From Pseudomonadota bacterium (GTDB taxonomy: Bacteria > Pseudomonadota > Gammaproteobacteria > Acidiferrobacterales > Sulfurifustaceae): DNA of 43,518 bases. Below the pieces are notes generated by a model. That model saw only the letters and a list, made by a program, of their open reading frames with translations. It searched no databases and was not told the origin of the DNA. This document shows positions 36,045-43,518 of the stretch, in pieces (position 1 is the stretch's first letter; every line of letters begins with the position of its first letter). The position numbers were made by a program, and so were the translations under genes. The stretch spans positions 1,486,384 to 1,529,901 of the forward strand of contig CP070641.1 in the NCBI GenBank assembly GCA_020354085.1, given 5' to 3'.

Positions 36045-36438
36045 GGTAGTCGCGCAGTACTTGCGCGTGATCGAAGGCCAATTCGGCAGGTAGCGCGTCG
36101 AGGGCGAACACGCCAACCGCACGCGCGTCGTCATGTGCGACGGGCGTGCCCGACGCCTCAGCCACGTACACGACGGTCACCGTATGGCCGCGTGGATCGC
36201 GCGCCGGATCGGAGTAGACGCCCAGCAAAGCCGTGAGACGTACGTCGAGCGAGACCTCCTCGCGTGCCTCGCGTACGGCGGCCTGCTCGACGCGTTCGCC
36301 GATGTCCACAAATCCGCCCGGGATTGCCCATCCACGCGGCGGGTTTCGGCGTTCGATGAGAACGATCGGACGCCCCGGGCGATCACTGATCTCGATGATC
36401 GTATCCGCGGCGAGCAGCGGTGTGGTGGGCCGGGACAT
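36001..36438 (-). CDS. NUDIX hydrolase
   Basis: Start at [12 protein letters not shown]. Nudix box [24 protein letters not shown]. The 3' end overlaps the mscS-like 3' end by 44 nt (convergent). Confidence 0.85.
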   Translation of the reverse strand: MSRPTTPLLAADTIIEISDRPGRPIVLIERRNPPRGWAIPGGFVDIGERVEQAAVREAREEVSLDVRLTALLGVYSDPARDPRGHTVTVVYVAEASGTPVAHDDARAVGVFALDALPAELAFDHAQVLRDYLTYRREGRLPELAP

Positions 36439-36563
36439 GGGAAATATCCCCGAATTTAAGCAGGTAGGTGGCGAAAAACCGAGCGGCAAGCTTGTAATTG
36501 CGCCCGCCGGCCGCACAAAGTTGATTATACTTGTTAGGCCAACGAAACAGAGGGGAGGTCTGC

Positions 36564-37766
36564 GTGAACCTGATGGAAGGTTTCGTCTCATTGCCGTGGT
36601 GGGGATATGTCTTGGTCACACTGGCCCTTACGCATATCACCATCGCTTCCGTTACCATCTTTTTGCATCGCCACCAGGCCCATCGCGCGCTCGACCTGCA
36701 CCCGGTGGTCTCGCATTTTTTCCGTTTTTGGCTGTGGCTCACGACCGGCATGGTCACCAAGGAGTGGGCCGCGATTCACCGCAAGCACCACGCCAAGGTC
36801 GAGACCGCCGACGATCCGCATAGCCCCAAGGTGTTCGGCATTCGCAAGGTCTTGCTTGAGGGCTCGGAACTGTACCGCGCCGAGGCCAAGAACCGTGAGA
36901 CGCTGGAAAAATATGGTCACGGTACGCCCGATGACTGGATCGAGCGCCATGTGTACACGCGCCATTCCGGTAAGGGCATCGCAATGATGTTGCTTGTCAA
37001 TCTGCTGCTGTTTGGCCCGATCGGCATCACCATCTGGGCCGTGCAGATGATCTGGATTCCAATTTTTGCCGCCGGTGTGATCAACGGTATTGGACACTAT
37101 TGGGGATACCGTAATTACGAAGTCACGGACGCCTCTACCAACATCGTGCCGTGGGGCATTTTGATCGGCGGTGAGGAATTGCACAACAACCATCACACCT
37201 TCGCCAGCTCGGCAAAGTTGTCGTCGAAGTGGTGGGAGTTCGACATCGGCTGGGCATATATACGCACGCTCGCAAGTCTCGGTCTGGCGCGGATCAAGAA
37301 GATCCCCCCGCAATTGACCCTCGACAGTGCCAAGCAGCACATCGATCTCGAGACCGTTCGCGCCGTCATTCAGGGACGCTTCAAGGTCATGGCAGAGTTC
37401 GCGCGCGTGGTCATGCGCAGTGTGCACCGCGAGGAGATGAAAAAAGCCGATCGCAGCGACCGCGAGACGTGGCGCTTACTCAAACGCGCGCGTCGTCTCA
37501 TGGTGCGCGAGCGCGCCTTACTCGATGACGTGTCGCGTCGTTGGCTCGCCAAGGCGCTGGCACATAATCCCACGCTCGATACCGTGTACGCGATGAAGGA
37601 GAAGCTCGCGCACATCTGGAAACGCTCGGCCACGACGCAAGATCAGCTGATACAGGCGCTTCAGGATTGGTGCCATGAGGCCGAGGCCACCGGCATCGAA
37701 GCGCTGCGCCGTTTCGCGCAGCGCCTGCGTAGCTACTCGCTAGCGCCAAATCTGGCTGCCGCCTGA
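36564..37766 (+). CDS. Membrane fatty-acid (acyl-lipid/acyl-CoA delta-9 type) desaturase, DesA-like, with long C-terminal extension
   Basis: GTG start 5 nt after GGGGAGG. Histidine boxes HRHQAH, HRKHH and HNNHH. After the last box there are ~170 further residues. Confidence 0.9.
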   Translation: MNLMEGFVSLPWWGYVLVTLALTHITIASVTIFLHRHQAHRALDLHPVVSHFFRFWLWLTTGMVTKEWAAIHRKHHAKVETADDPHSPKVFGIRKVLLEGSELYRAEAKNRETLEKYGHGTPDDWIERHVYTRHSGKGIAMMLLVNLLLFGPIGITIWAVQMIWIPIFAAGVINGIGHYWGYRNYEVTDASTNIVPWGILIGGEELHNNHHTFASSAKLSSKWWEFDIGWAYIRTLASLGLARIKKIPPQLTLDSAKQHIDLETVRAVIQGRFKVMAEFARVVMRSVHREEMKKADRSDRETWRLLKRARRLMVRERALLDDVSRRWLAKALAHNPTLDTVYAMKEKLAHIWKRSATTQDQLIQALQDWCHEAEATGIEALRRFAQRLRSYSLAPNLAAA

Positions 37767-37785
37767 TCTGCGCGCCCGGTCCTGT

Positions 37786-37822
37786 AAAAAAGAAAACCCG
37801 CCTAAGGCGGGTTTTCTTTTTT
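37786..37822. terminator. Bidirectional rho-independent terminator
   Basis: AAAAAA-GAAAACCCGCC-TAA-GGCGGGTTTTC-TTTTTT lies between the convergent desaturase and HNH genes. Confidence 0.8.
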
Positions 37823-37851
37823 CGACTCAACCTAGGACGCGCCGCGACAGA

Positions 37852-38457
37852 CTAATTTACGCGTGCCTGGCGCAGCCGTGCATGCAGCGGGCTGTGGCGC
37901 GGGAAGTGCGCCAGCAAGAACTCCATCTGGTCAGCCAACACGCGCTTCCCTTGCAGGTAGATGTACTCGGCATGGGTCGGCGTGAAAGGCACCGCCAGTA
38001 GCTCCAGCCCGGCGTCCTCAGGGATACGGCCAGCCTTATGGTTGTTGCAGCGCTTGCATGCCGTTACCACGTTGGTCCAGGAATCCGTGCCACCCTTGCT
38101 GAGCGGCACGATGTGGTCGCGCGAAAGCAGCCGGGTGGGAAACTGCTCGCCGCAGTACAGGCACAGGCGCGCATCGCGGGCGAACAGCGCGGGATTATTG
38201 AGCGGCGGAACATAGTGCGCGCGCGCCTTGGCCAGCGCATGGCTGTCGCCATGGGTGGCAATGATTGAGTTGATCTCCAATACGGAGCGCTTGCCGGTGA
38301 TGGCGTTGTAGCCGCCATGAATCTCGTACAGGGTGCGGCCGCACGCGTAGGCAACTTGTCCCAAGTAGTAGATGCGCACCGCCTCGCGGAAGTCGATCCA
38401 CTCCAGGGGCATTCCCGAGGCGTCGGTGCGTAAGACCTGCTGGCTTAACGAATACAC
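37852..38457 (-). CDS. HNH endonuclease family protein
   Basis: GTG start. HNH core CLYCG....LSRDHIVPLSKGGTDSWTNVVTACKRCNNHK. The N-terminal ~100 aa resemble the common accessory domain of small COG1403-type HNH proteins. Confidence 0.85.
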   Translation of the reverse strand: MYSLSQQVLRTDASGMPLEWIDFREAVRIYYLGQVAYACGRTLYEIHGGYNAITGKRSVLEINSIIATHGDSHALAKARAHYVPPLNNPALFARDARLCLYCGEQFPTRLLSRDHIVPLSKGGTDSWTNVVTACKRCNNHKAGRIPEDAGLELLAVPFTPTHAEYIYLQGKRVLADQMEFLLAHFPRHSPLHARLRQARVN

Positions 38458-38644
38458 GACAATTCCTGCTTCAGCCGCTCACAAAAGTGGCGCTATTTAT
38501 GTCAGAAAGTCAGCAACTTGTACATAGCCAGCAGACCGGCCTGTCAGCCGCAATCATTTCCGCGCCATCGGCCTTGAAGGGACTCACGCGAAACGTCCCG
38601 CGCAGTCCCGCGGGGATATAACGCTCACCCTCTGGACCCGCAGA

Positions 38645-38668
38645 TTTCTGTGAAAAAACTCACAGAAA
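38645..38668. promoter_or_regulatory. Perfect CRP-type palindrome TTTCTGTGA-N6-TCACAGAAA
   Basis: The core TGTGA-AAAAAC-TCACA at 38649..38664 matches the CRP/Vfr consensus TGTGA-N6-TCACA. The arms are exact reverse complements over 9 bp. It lies in a 606-bp spacer next to a Crp-family regulator gene. Confidence 0.6.
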
Positions 38669-39063
38669 CCCAGCACGCCGCGTGGCATGTTGCCTCGGTC
38701 CCAACCACGGTGAAACATACTTCTCGATGGTGGGCGCACAAAGCCGTGCATCGGAGAAACGGTTTGGACCAAACACAGGACACCGGCTACAAGAGGCAAT
38801 ACGACCACCCGATGCGATTCGAGGCCGCCCCCAACACTCGACAGTATCTCTGGCCCCTTGCCGCCAGCGCCATCTTCATTGATTTTTGTGGTGTTGACGA
38901 CCGCCAACCGCACCTCGGTTGGTCGCGCGGCGGCGTTTGCAATCGCTCCCGCTCAATTTTTAAAGCAACATCGGGCAAGCAGACGTTCGGTGCCTAGCTC
39001 TCGCCAACGGCTATGCAGCAACCCTTACCGTCGCTAGTCCGGTTACGCAATAAGGAGATCTGT

Positions 39064-39732
39064 ATGTACAACGTTGCGAAGTTTCTGCACCGGGTACCTC
39101 TGTTCAGCGGGCTTAACGAAGCCGAACTCGAGACCCTGGCGCGCAGCGGTTCGCACAAGTCGATCGCTAAAAACGAGCTTCTGATGCACCAAGGCGCGCC
39201 GGGGGCAAGTCTGTACGTAGTGCTTACCGGATCGGTCAAAGTTGTACTCACCCAAGGTGACGGCAAGGAAATTACTCTGTCCTTGCGCCATCCTGGCGAT
39301 TTCGTCGGTGAGATGGCGCTGATCGACGACGAACCGCGCTCGGCCAACGTCATCGCCGTCGAGGCCACTGAGTGTTTCGTGCTGTCGCGGCGCGATTTCC
39401 AACGTTGCCTAACAGGCAACATGAGTCTGGCCATCAATCTGATCAAGGGGCTGTGCCGCCGGCTACGCGAGACCGATCGCAAAGTTGCCGATCTGGCACT
39501 GCGCGATGTATCCGATCGTGTCATGCACACATTGCGTGATCTCGCCCGCACCGAGGCTGACCGAACCGTCATTCCCAAAAAACTTTCGCAGCAAGACATC
39601 GCCAACATGGTCGGCGCCTCGCGCGAAATGGTCAATCGCGTGCTGCGCGAATTGACTCAAGCCGGTCGGATCGAGATGTGCGACGGCCAGATCGTTATTT
39701 TGGACACGGCGGCCACACGGGAATTGGTATAG
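39064..39732 (+). CDS. Crp/Fnr family transcriptional regulator, cyclic-nucleotide-binding (CRP/Vfr-like)
   Basis: AAGGAG RBS. The cNMP domain carries GEMAL......PRSANV (equivalent to the CRP E72/R82/S83 contacts). There is no N-terminal Cys cluster, so it is not FNR. HTH recognition helix SREMVNRVLREL (the R-E-x-x-x-R pattern of CRP). Confidence 0.9.
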   Translation: MYNVAKFLHRVPLFSGLNEAELETLARSGSHKSIAKNELLMHQGAPGASLYVVLTGSVKVVLTQGDGKEITLSLRHPGDFVGEMALIDDEPRSANVIAVEATECFVLSRRDFQRCLTGNMSLAINLIKGLCRRLRETDRKVADLALRDVSDRVMHTLRDLARTEADRTVIPKKLSQQDIANMVGASREMVNRVLRELTQAGRIEMCDGQIVILDTAATRELV

Positions 39733-39756
39733 CGGTGCTACGTTAGACGCAGGACG

Positions 39757-39788
39757 AAAAAGCCCGGCATGTGCCGGGCTTCTTGTTT
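39757..39788. terminator. Bidirectional rho-independent terminator
   Basis: GAAAAA-AGCCCGG-CATGTG-CCGGGCT-TCTTGTTT lies between the convergent crp-like gene and rpmG. Confidence 0.75.
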
Positions 39789-39808
39789 GAACGGTGTTGC
39801 GAAGGTAA

Positions 39809-39976
39809 TTATTTGATCTTCGCTTCCTTGAACATCACATGCTTGCGTGCCTTCGGATCGTATTTCTTGAATTCGAGCTTGTCCGGCGTGGTGCGCTTGT
39901 TCTTGGTCGTGGTGTAGTAAAAGCCGGTGCCGGCGCTCGACACCAATTTGACCTTTTCACGGATTGCCTTGGCCAT
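39809..39976 (-). CDS. rpmG: 50S ribosomal protein L33
   Basis: Not in ORF track (55 aa). The reverse strand reads [55 protein letters not shown]. It lies immediately downstream of rpmB. Confidence 0.95.
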   Translation of the reverse strand: MAKAIREKVKLVSSAGTGFYYTTTKNKRTTPDKLEFKKYDPKARKHVMFKEAKIK

Positions 39977-39986
39977 GTCCTACCCC

Positions 39987-40223
39987 TTAAATCTTTTCGC
40001 CGCGGGCACGCAGATCGGCAAGCACCGCATCTATGCCCTTCTTGTCGATAGTGCGCAGGGCGCTGGTCGACAGGCGCAGCGTCACCCAACGCTTTTCGCT
40101 CTCCACCCACAGCCGGCGGTACTTGAGGTTGGGCAGAAAACGACGGCGGGTCCTGTTGTTGGCGTGCGAGACGTTATTGCCCGTGCGCGCACGCTTCCCG
40201 GTAACCTGACAGACTCTGGACAT
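39987..40223 (-). CDS. rpmB: 50S ribosomal protein L28
   Basis: [33 protein letters not shown]..., 78 aa. Confidence 0.97.
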   Translation of the reverse strand: MSRVCQVTGKRARTGNNVSHANNRTRRRFLPNLKYRRLWVESEKRWVTLRLSTSALRTIDKKGIDAVLADLRARGEKI

Positions 40224-40348
40224 CGAACTTCTCCCTGAAAAACTAGCTTTTGGGGCGGAAAAAGGGCGGCCTTTATATCAAAAAGCCGGGGTCGTGGGTA
40301 GCCCTGACCCGGCAAAAGAAAGCGCGGAAATGGTGGCTGGCTCAGGAC

Positions 40349-41023
40349 TTATAACAGCCCACGCTCGCTAAAAGACACGATTTCCCCGTCTCCCACCACC
40401 AAGTGATCCAAAAGCCGAATCTCTACGAGATCCAGGGTTTCGCGTACCCGGGTGGTGAGCAGCTCGTCCGCCCGGCTGGGCTCGGCCACTCCGGAGGGGT
40501 GGTTATGAGCCAGGATCACTGCCGCGGCATTAAGCGCCAGCGCCCGCTTGACGATCTCGCGCGGATACACGGCCGTACCATTGAGCGTCCCACGAAACAA
40601 CTCTTCGAAGGCCAGCACTCGATGGCGGTTGTCGAGAAACAGACAGCAGAACACCTCATACGGACGGTCACGCAAACAGGCCTGAAGATAGACGCGGGTA
40701 TCGTGTGGCGAGGTCAAGGTCGATCCGCGAGCGAGCTTCTCCCCGAGGTAGCGCCGCCCCATCTCCAGCGCCGCCTGGAGCTGGGCGTACTTGGCCGCTC
40801 CCAGACCCGGCGCCTCACATACCAATTTAGAATCAGCCGCCAGCAATTCACGCAAGCCGCCGAAGTGTGCAAGCAGCTCGCGCGCGACGTCAACTGCCGT
40901 CTTGCCGGCCACGCCGGTGCGCAAAAAAATTGCCAGTAACTCGGCGTCCGATAGTGCCTGGGCCCCGCGCGCGATGAGCTTTTCGCGCGGGCGCTCGGTT
41001 TGCGGCCAGTCGGTGATCGGCAT
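40349..41023 (-). CDS. radC: RadC-like JAB domain protein (UPF0758)
   Basis: Start at [16 protein letters not shown] after GGGAGGG. HhH region [14 protein letters not shown] and JAMM motif [17 protein letters not shown]. Confidence 0.9.
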   Translation of the reverse strand: MPITDWPQTERPREKLIARGAQALSDAELLAIFLRTGVAGKTAVDVARELLAHFGGLRELLAADSKLVCEAPGLGAAKYAQLQAALEMGRRYLGEKLARGSTLTSPHDTRVYLQACLRDRPYEVFCCLFLDNRHRVLAFEELFRGTLNGTAVYPREIVKRALALNAAAVILAHNHPSGVAEPSRADELLTTRVRETLDLVEIRLLDHLVVGDGEIVSFSERGLL

Positions 41024-41076
41024 AGCACCCTCCCTGTGCTTGGACGGACTTGTTCCCGGCAAGTACACTTTCATAC

Positions 41077-42327
41077 ATGGCAACGCTGGTCAACAAACGC
41101 ATCCTGCTGGGCATCACTGGCGGCATCGCCGCCTACAAGAGTCCGGACCTGGTCCGGCGCCTGCGCGAGGGCGGCGCCGAGGTCCGCTGTGTCCTGACGC
41201 GTGCGGCGGCGGAATTCATCACGCCGCTCACCTTGCACGCGGTCAGCGACCAACCGGTGTATCAGAATCTGTTTGGCGAACAACCGACCAGCGAGGTAGT
41301 CAGCGGCGGCGAGGCCAAGGCGATGGAACATATCGAGCTTGCGCGCTGGGCGGACGCCGTGGTCGTCGCGCCGGCGAGCGCGGACTTCATCGCACGTCTC
41401 GCGCAGGGCCGTGCCGATGACCTGCTCACCACCCTATGCCTGGCGGCCGATGCGCCGGTCGCCATCGCACCGGCCATGAATCAACAGATGTGGCAAAACC
41501 CTGCGACACAAAGCAACGTCGAGACGCTGCGCCGCAATGGGTTGCACCTGTTCGGCCCGGGCGACGGCTCGCAGGCCTGTGGCGAAGTCGGACCGGGGCG
41601 CATGCTGGAGCCAGTCGATATCGCGCGTCTTACTGCTGGGCTCTTCGAAAGCGGCGAACTCGAAGGTCTCGGCGTTGTGATTACCGCCGGCCCGACGTGG
41701 GAAGCGATCGATCCGGTACGCGGTATCACCAACAAAAGCTCGGGGAAGATGGGCTATGCCATTGCTGCGGCGGCTGCCGAGGCCGGCGCGCGCGTGACGC
41801 TGATATCGGGTCCGACCGCGCTCGCCGATCCCGACCGCGTGAAGGTAGTCCGAGTAGCGAGCGCACAAGAAATGTACGACGCCGTGCACACGCAGGTGCA
41901 CGGCGCGCAGGTATTCATCGCCGCCGCCGCGGTCGCGGACTATCGACCGGTTGCACCCGCGACCACGAAGATCAAAAAGAAATCGGAACATCTGACACTC
42001 GAATTGGTACGCACCCCCGACATTCTAGCGAGCGTCGCCGCGCTCACGCCCGCGCCGTTCGCAGTGGGGTTCGCAGCCGAGACCGAAAACGTCGAGGCCA
42101 ACGCGCGCACCAAGCTCGCAGCGAAGAAAGTCGATCTGATAGCGGGCAATCTGGTCGGCGTACCGGATCGCGGTTTCGAGGCCGAAGACAACGGACTGCT
42201 CCTGGTCGAGGCTACCGGCGTGACCGAACTGCCGATTCAGCCGAAAACCAAGCTCGCGCGTGCCTTGATCCATCACGTCGCGCAGCGTCTTGCTGCGCGC
42301 CGCGGGCAAACACGCGAGCGCGCCTAG
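41077..42327 (+). CDS. coaBC: Bifunctional phosphopantothenoylcysteine decarboxylase / phosphopantothenate--cysteine ligase
   Basis: [21 protein letters not shown] flavoprotein N-domain and C-terminal ligase domain ([22 protein letters not shown]). It is divergent from radC, as in many gammaproteobacteria. Confidence 0.95.
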   Translation: MATLVNKRILLGITGGIAAYKSPDLVRRLREGGAEVRCVLTRAAAEFITPLTLHAVSDQPVYQNLFGEQPTSEVVSGGEAKAMEHIELARWADAVVVAPASADFIARLAQGRADDLLTTLCLAADAPVAIAPAMNQQMWQNPATQSNVETLRRNGLHLFGPGDGSQACGEVGPGRMLEPVDIARLTAGLFESGELEGLGVVITAGPTWEAIDPVRGITNKSSGKMGYAIAAAAAEAGARVTLISGPTALADPDRVKVVRVASAQEMYDAVHTQVHGAQVFIAAAAVADYRPVAPATTKIKKKSEHLTLELVRTPDILASVAALTPAPFAVGFAAETENVEANARTKLAAKKVDLIAGNLVGVPDRGFEAEDNGLLLVEATGVTELPIQPKTKLARALIHHVAQRLAARRGQTRERA

Positions 42328-42354
42328 ACAAAGAACAAGTACACGGGAGGTTTC

Positions 42355-42828
42355 ATGACCGGCGTGAACGGCAAACGCAAAGTTCAAGTAAAGGTGCTCG
42401 ACAAACGCGTAGGTGACGAATTTCCGCTGCCACGCTACGCGACTGACGGCGCCGCCGGCATGGACCTGCATGCCTGCCTGGAAGAGCATCTGCACATCGC
42501 GCCCGGGGAGGCGCACCTCGTGCCCACCGGCATCGCCATCCACATGGAAGACACCAACATGGCCGCGGTACTACTGCCGCGCTCGGGCCTCGGCCACAAG
42601 CACGGTATCGTGCTCGGTAATCTGGTCGGATTAATTGACTCCGACTACCAGGGTCAGGTGTTCGTTTCGGTGTGGAACCGCGGCGAGCATTCTTTCACCA
42701 TCGAGCCCGGTGATCGCATCGCGCAAATGGTGTTCGTCCCCGTGATACAGGCGGAGTTCGAGGTGGTCGACAAGTTCACCGAGAGCCAACGTGGCGCCGG
42801 CGGTTTCGGCAGCTCCGGGCGCAAATAG
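42355..42828 (+). CDS. dut: dUTP diphosphatase
   Basis: GGGAGG RBS. Motifs [32 protein letters not shown] and [10 protein letters not shown]. Confidence 0.95.
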   Translation: MTGVNGKRKVQVKVLDKRVGDEFPLPRYATDGAAGMDLHACLEEHLHIAPGEAHLVPTGIAIHMEDTNMAAVLLPRSGLGHKHGIVLGNLVGLIDSDYQGQVFVSVWNRGEHSFTIEPGDRIAQMVFVPVIQAEFEVVDKFTESQRGAGGFGSSGRK

Positions 42829-42933
42829 CCCTGATCGCCAGGTTTCAGCGCGGGCCGGCGGGTAGGCGGGGCCGGCTCGATGCATTACACTCGCGCCTCC
42901 CCGCAATAACGCCAATCAAGTAACTGCCACATC

Positions 42934-43518
42934 ATGCCCAGTACCAACGCCCCTGCCCTGCCTCCAGAAATCTTCAAGGCCTATGATATCCGCGGGATTG
43001 TCGGCAAATCGCTGACACCGGCCATCGTCGAGCGCATCGGCCACGCCATCGGCTCCGAGGCCAAAGCGCGCGGGCGGGACACGATTGTCGTCGGGCGCGA
43101 TGGACGGCTCTCGGGACCGGAGCTGGTGGCGGCGCTCAGCCGCGGCATCAACCAGGCCGGCTGCAATGTGATCGACATCGGCTGCGTACCGACACCGGTC
43201 ACCTATTTTGCGACCCAACACCTTGGCACCGAATCGGGTATCAGCGTCACGGGCTCGCACAACCCGCCCGACTATAACGGCCTCAAGATCATGCTGGCCG
43301 GAGAAACACTTTCGGGCGCCGCGATCCAAGCGCTGCGGCAACGGCTGCTCGACAATAACCTCAGCCACGGCCACGGCAAGGTAACGCAACAAGACGTACG
43401 CGATGCCTACCTCAAGCGCATCACCTCCGACATCAAGCTCGCCCGCAAGATGAGGGTCGCCATCGACTGCGGCAACGGCGTCGCAGGTGAAATGGCGCCG
43501 CAGTTGATGCGCGCGCTT
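42934..43518 (+). CDS. algC: Phosphomannomutase/phosphoglucomutase, N-terminal 195 codons (continues beyond window)
   Basis: Not in ORF track because no stop lies in the window. From ATG 42934: MPSTNAPALPPEIFKAYDIRGIVGKSLTP...GISVTGSHNPPDYNGLKIM (active-site Ser loop TGSHNP). It sits downstream of dut, as in Pseudomonas. Confidence 0.9.
   Translation, partial: MPSTNAPALPPEIFKAYDIRGIVGKSLTPAIVERIGHAIGSEAKARGRDTIVVGRDGRLSGPELVAALSRGINQAGCNVIDIGCVPTPVTYFATQHLGTESGISVTGSHNPPDYNGLKIMLAGETLSGAAIQALRQRLLDNNLSHGHGKVTQQDVRDAYLKRITSDIKLARKMRVAIDCGNGVAGEMAPQLMRAL

Noticed and set aside
38762-38774. 13-bp palindrome GTTTGG-A-CCAAAC.
   Set aside because: Six-bp arms are expected many times by chance in 43 kb, and there is no supporting context.
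38650-38997. 115-aa GTG-initiated ORF inside the CRP-box spacer (and 38584..38913 on the minus strand).
   Set aside because: The start codon lies inside the palindrome and there is no RBS. The sequence is Trp/His/Arg-rich with no recognisable fold, and third-position GC is not clearly above background. It is kept only as a possibility within the spacer finding.
38458-39063. Idea that the spacer next to the HNH gene is a HEARO/omega-RNA-like guide RNA of an IscB-type nuclease, or an RNase P / tmRNA / 6S / SRP RNA. An ACAGAAACCC string at 38662 recalls the RNase P P4 region.
   Set aside because: The HNH protein is only 201 aa, has no RuvC segments and looks like the common small COG1403 type. 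I could not find the other universally conserved RNase P blocks (GGAAAGTCCGGGC-type), the tmRNA 3' end, or the SRP GGAA tetraloop context. A single 10-nt resemblance is not evidence.

Overview
High-GC chromosomal segment (by eye roughly mid-60s % GC from about 2.2 kb onward), most likely from a gammaproteobacterium. The block rpmG-rpmB-radC / coaBC-dut-algC at 39.8-43.5 kb has the gene order seen in Pseudomonas-like genomes. I can support about 47 protein genes. Three are absent from the ORF track: rpmG, a 5' fragment of algC and a 5' fragment of hicB. By eye I found no rRNA, tRNA, CRISPR array, transposase or integrase. The first ~2.2 kb is visibly lower in GC (about 50 % on sampled lines) and carries a hicAB toxin-antitoxin pair plus a secreted tannase/feruloyl-esterase, so it is probably the edge of an acquired island. 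Housekeeping genes include proS, a RelA/SpoT enzyme, hda, purMN, rpmBG, radC, coaBC, dut and algC. Accessory loci worth a second look: (1) an ECF sigma factor whose membrane anti-sigma factor carries a periplasmic DsrE/DsrF-like (COG1416-type) domain, followed by a paralogous DsrE-like lipoprotein; (2) an Anbu proteasome-like protease / circularly permuted ATP-grasp / alpha-E / Zn-ribbon metallopeptidase cluster lacking the usual transglutaminase; (3) a five-gene operon combining two periplasmic thioredoxin-fold proteins, a TolC-like channel, a short adaptor and an acylphosphatase, with no inner-membrane pump; (4) a LolA-like + 2x FtsX + ATPase exporter operon; (5) three unusually long non-coding spacers of about 550-620 bp. 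One spacer contains a perfect CRP-type palindrome beside a Crp-family regulator gene. Another contains internal repeats. All protein assignments come from motif recognition by eye, and no database search was run.
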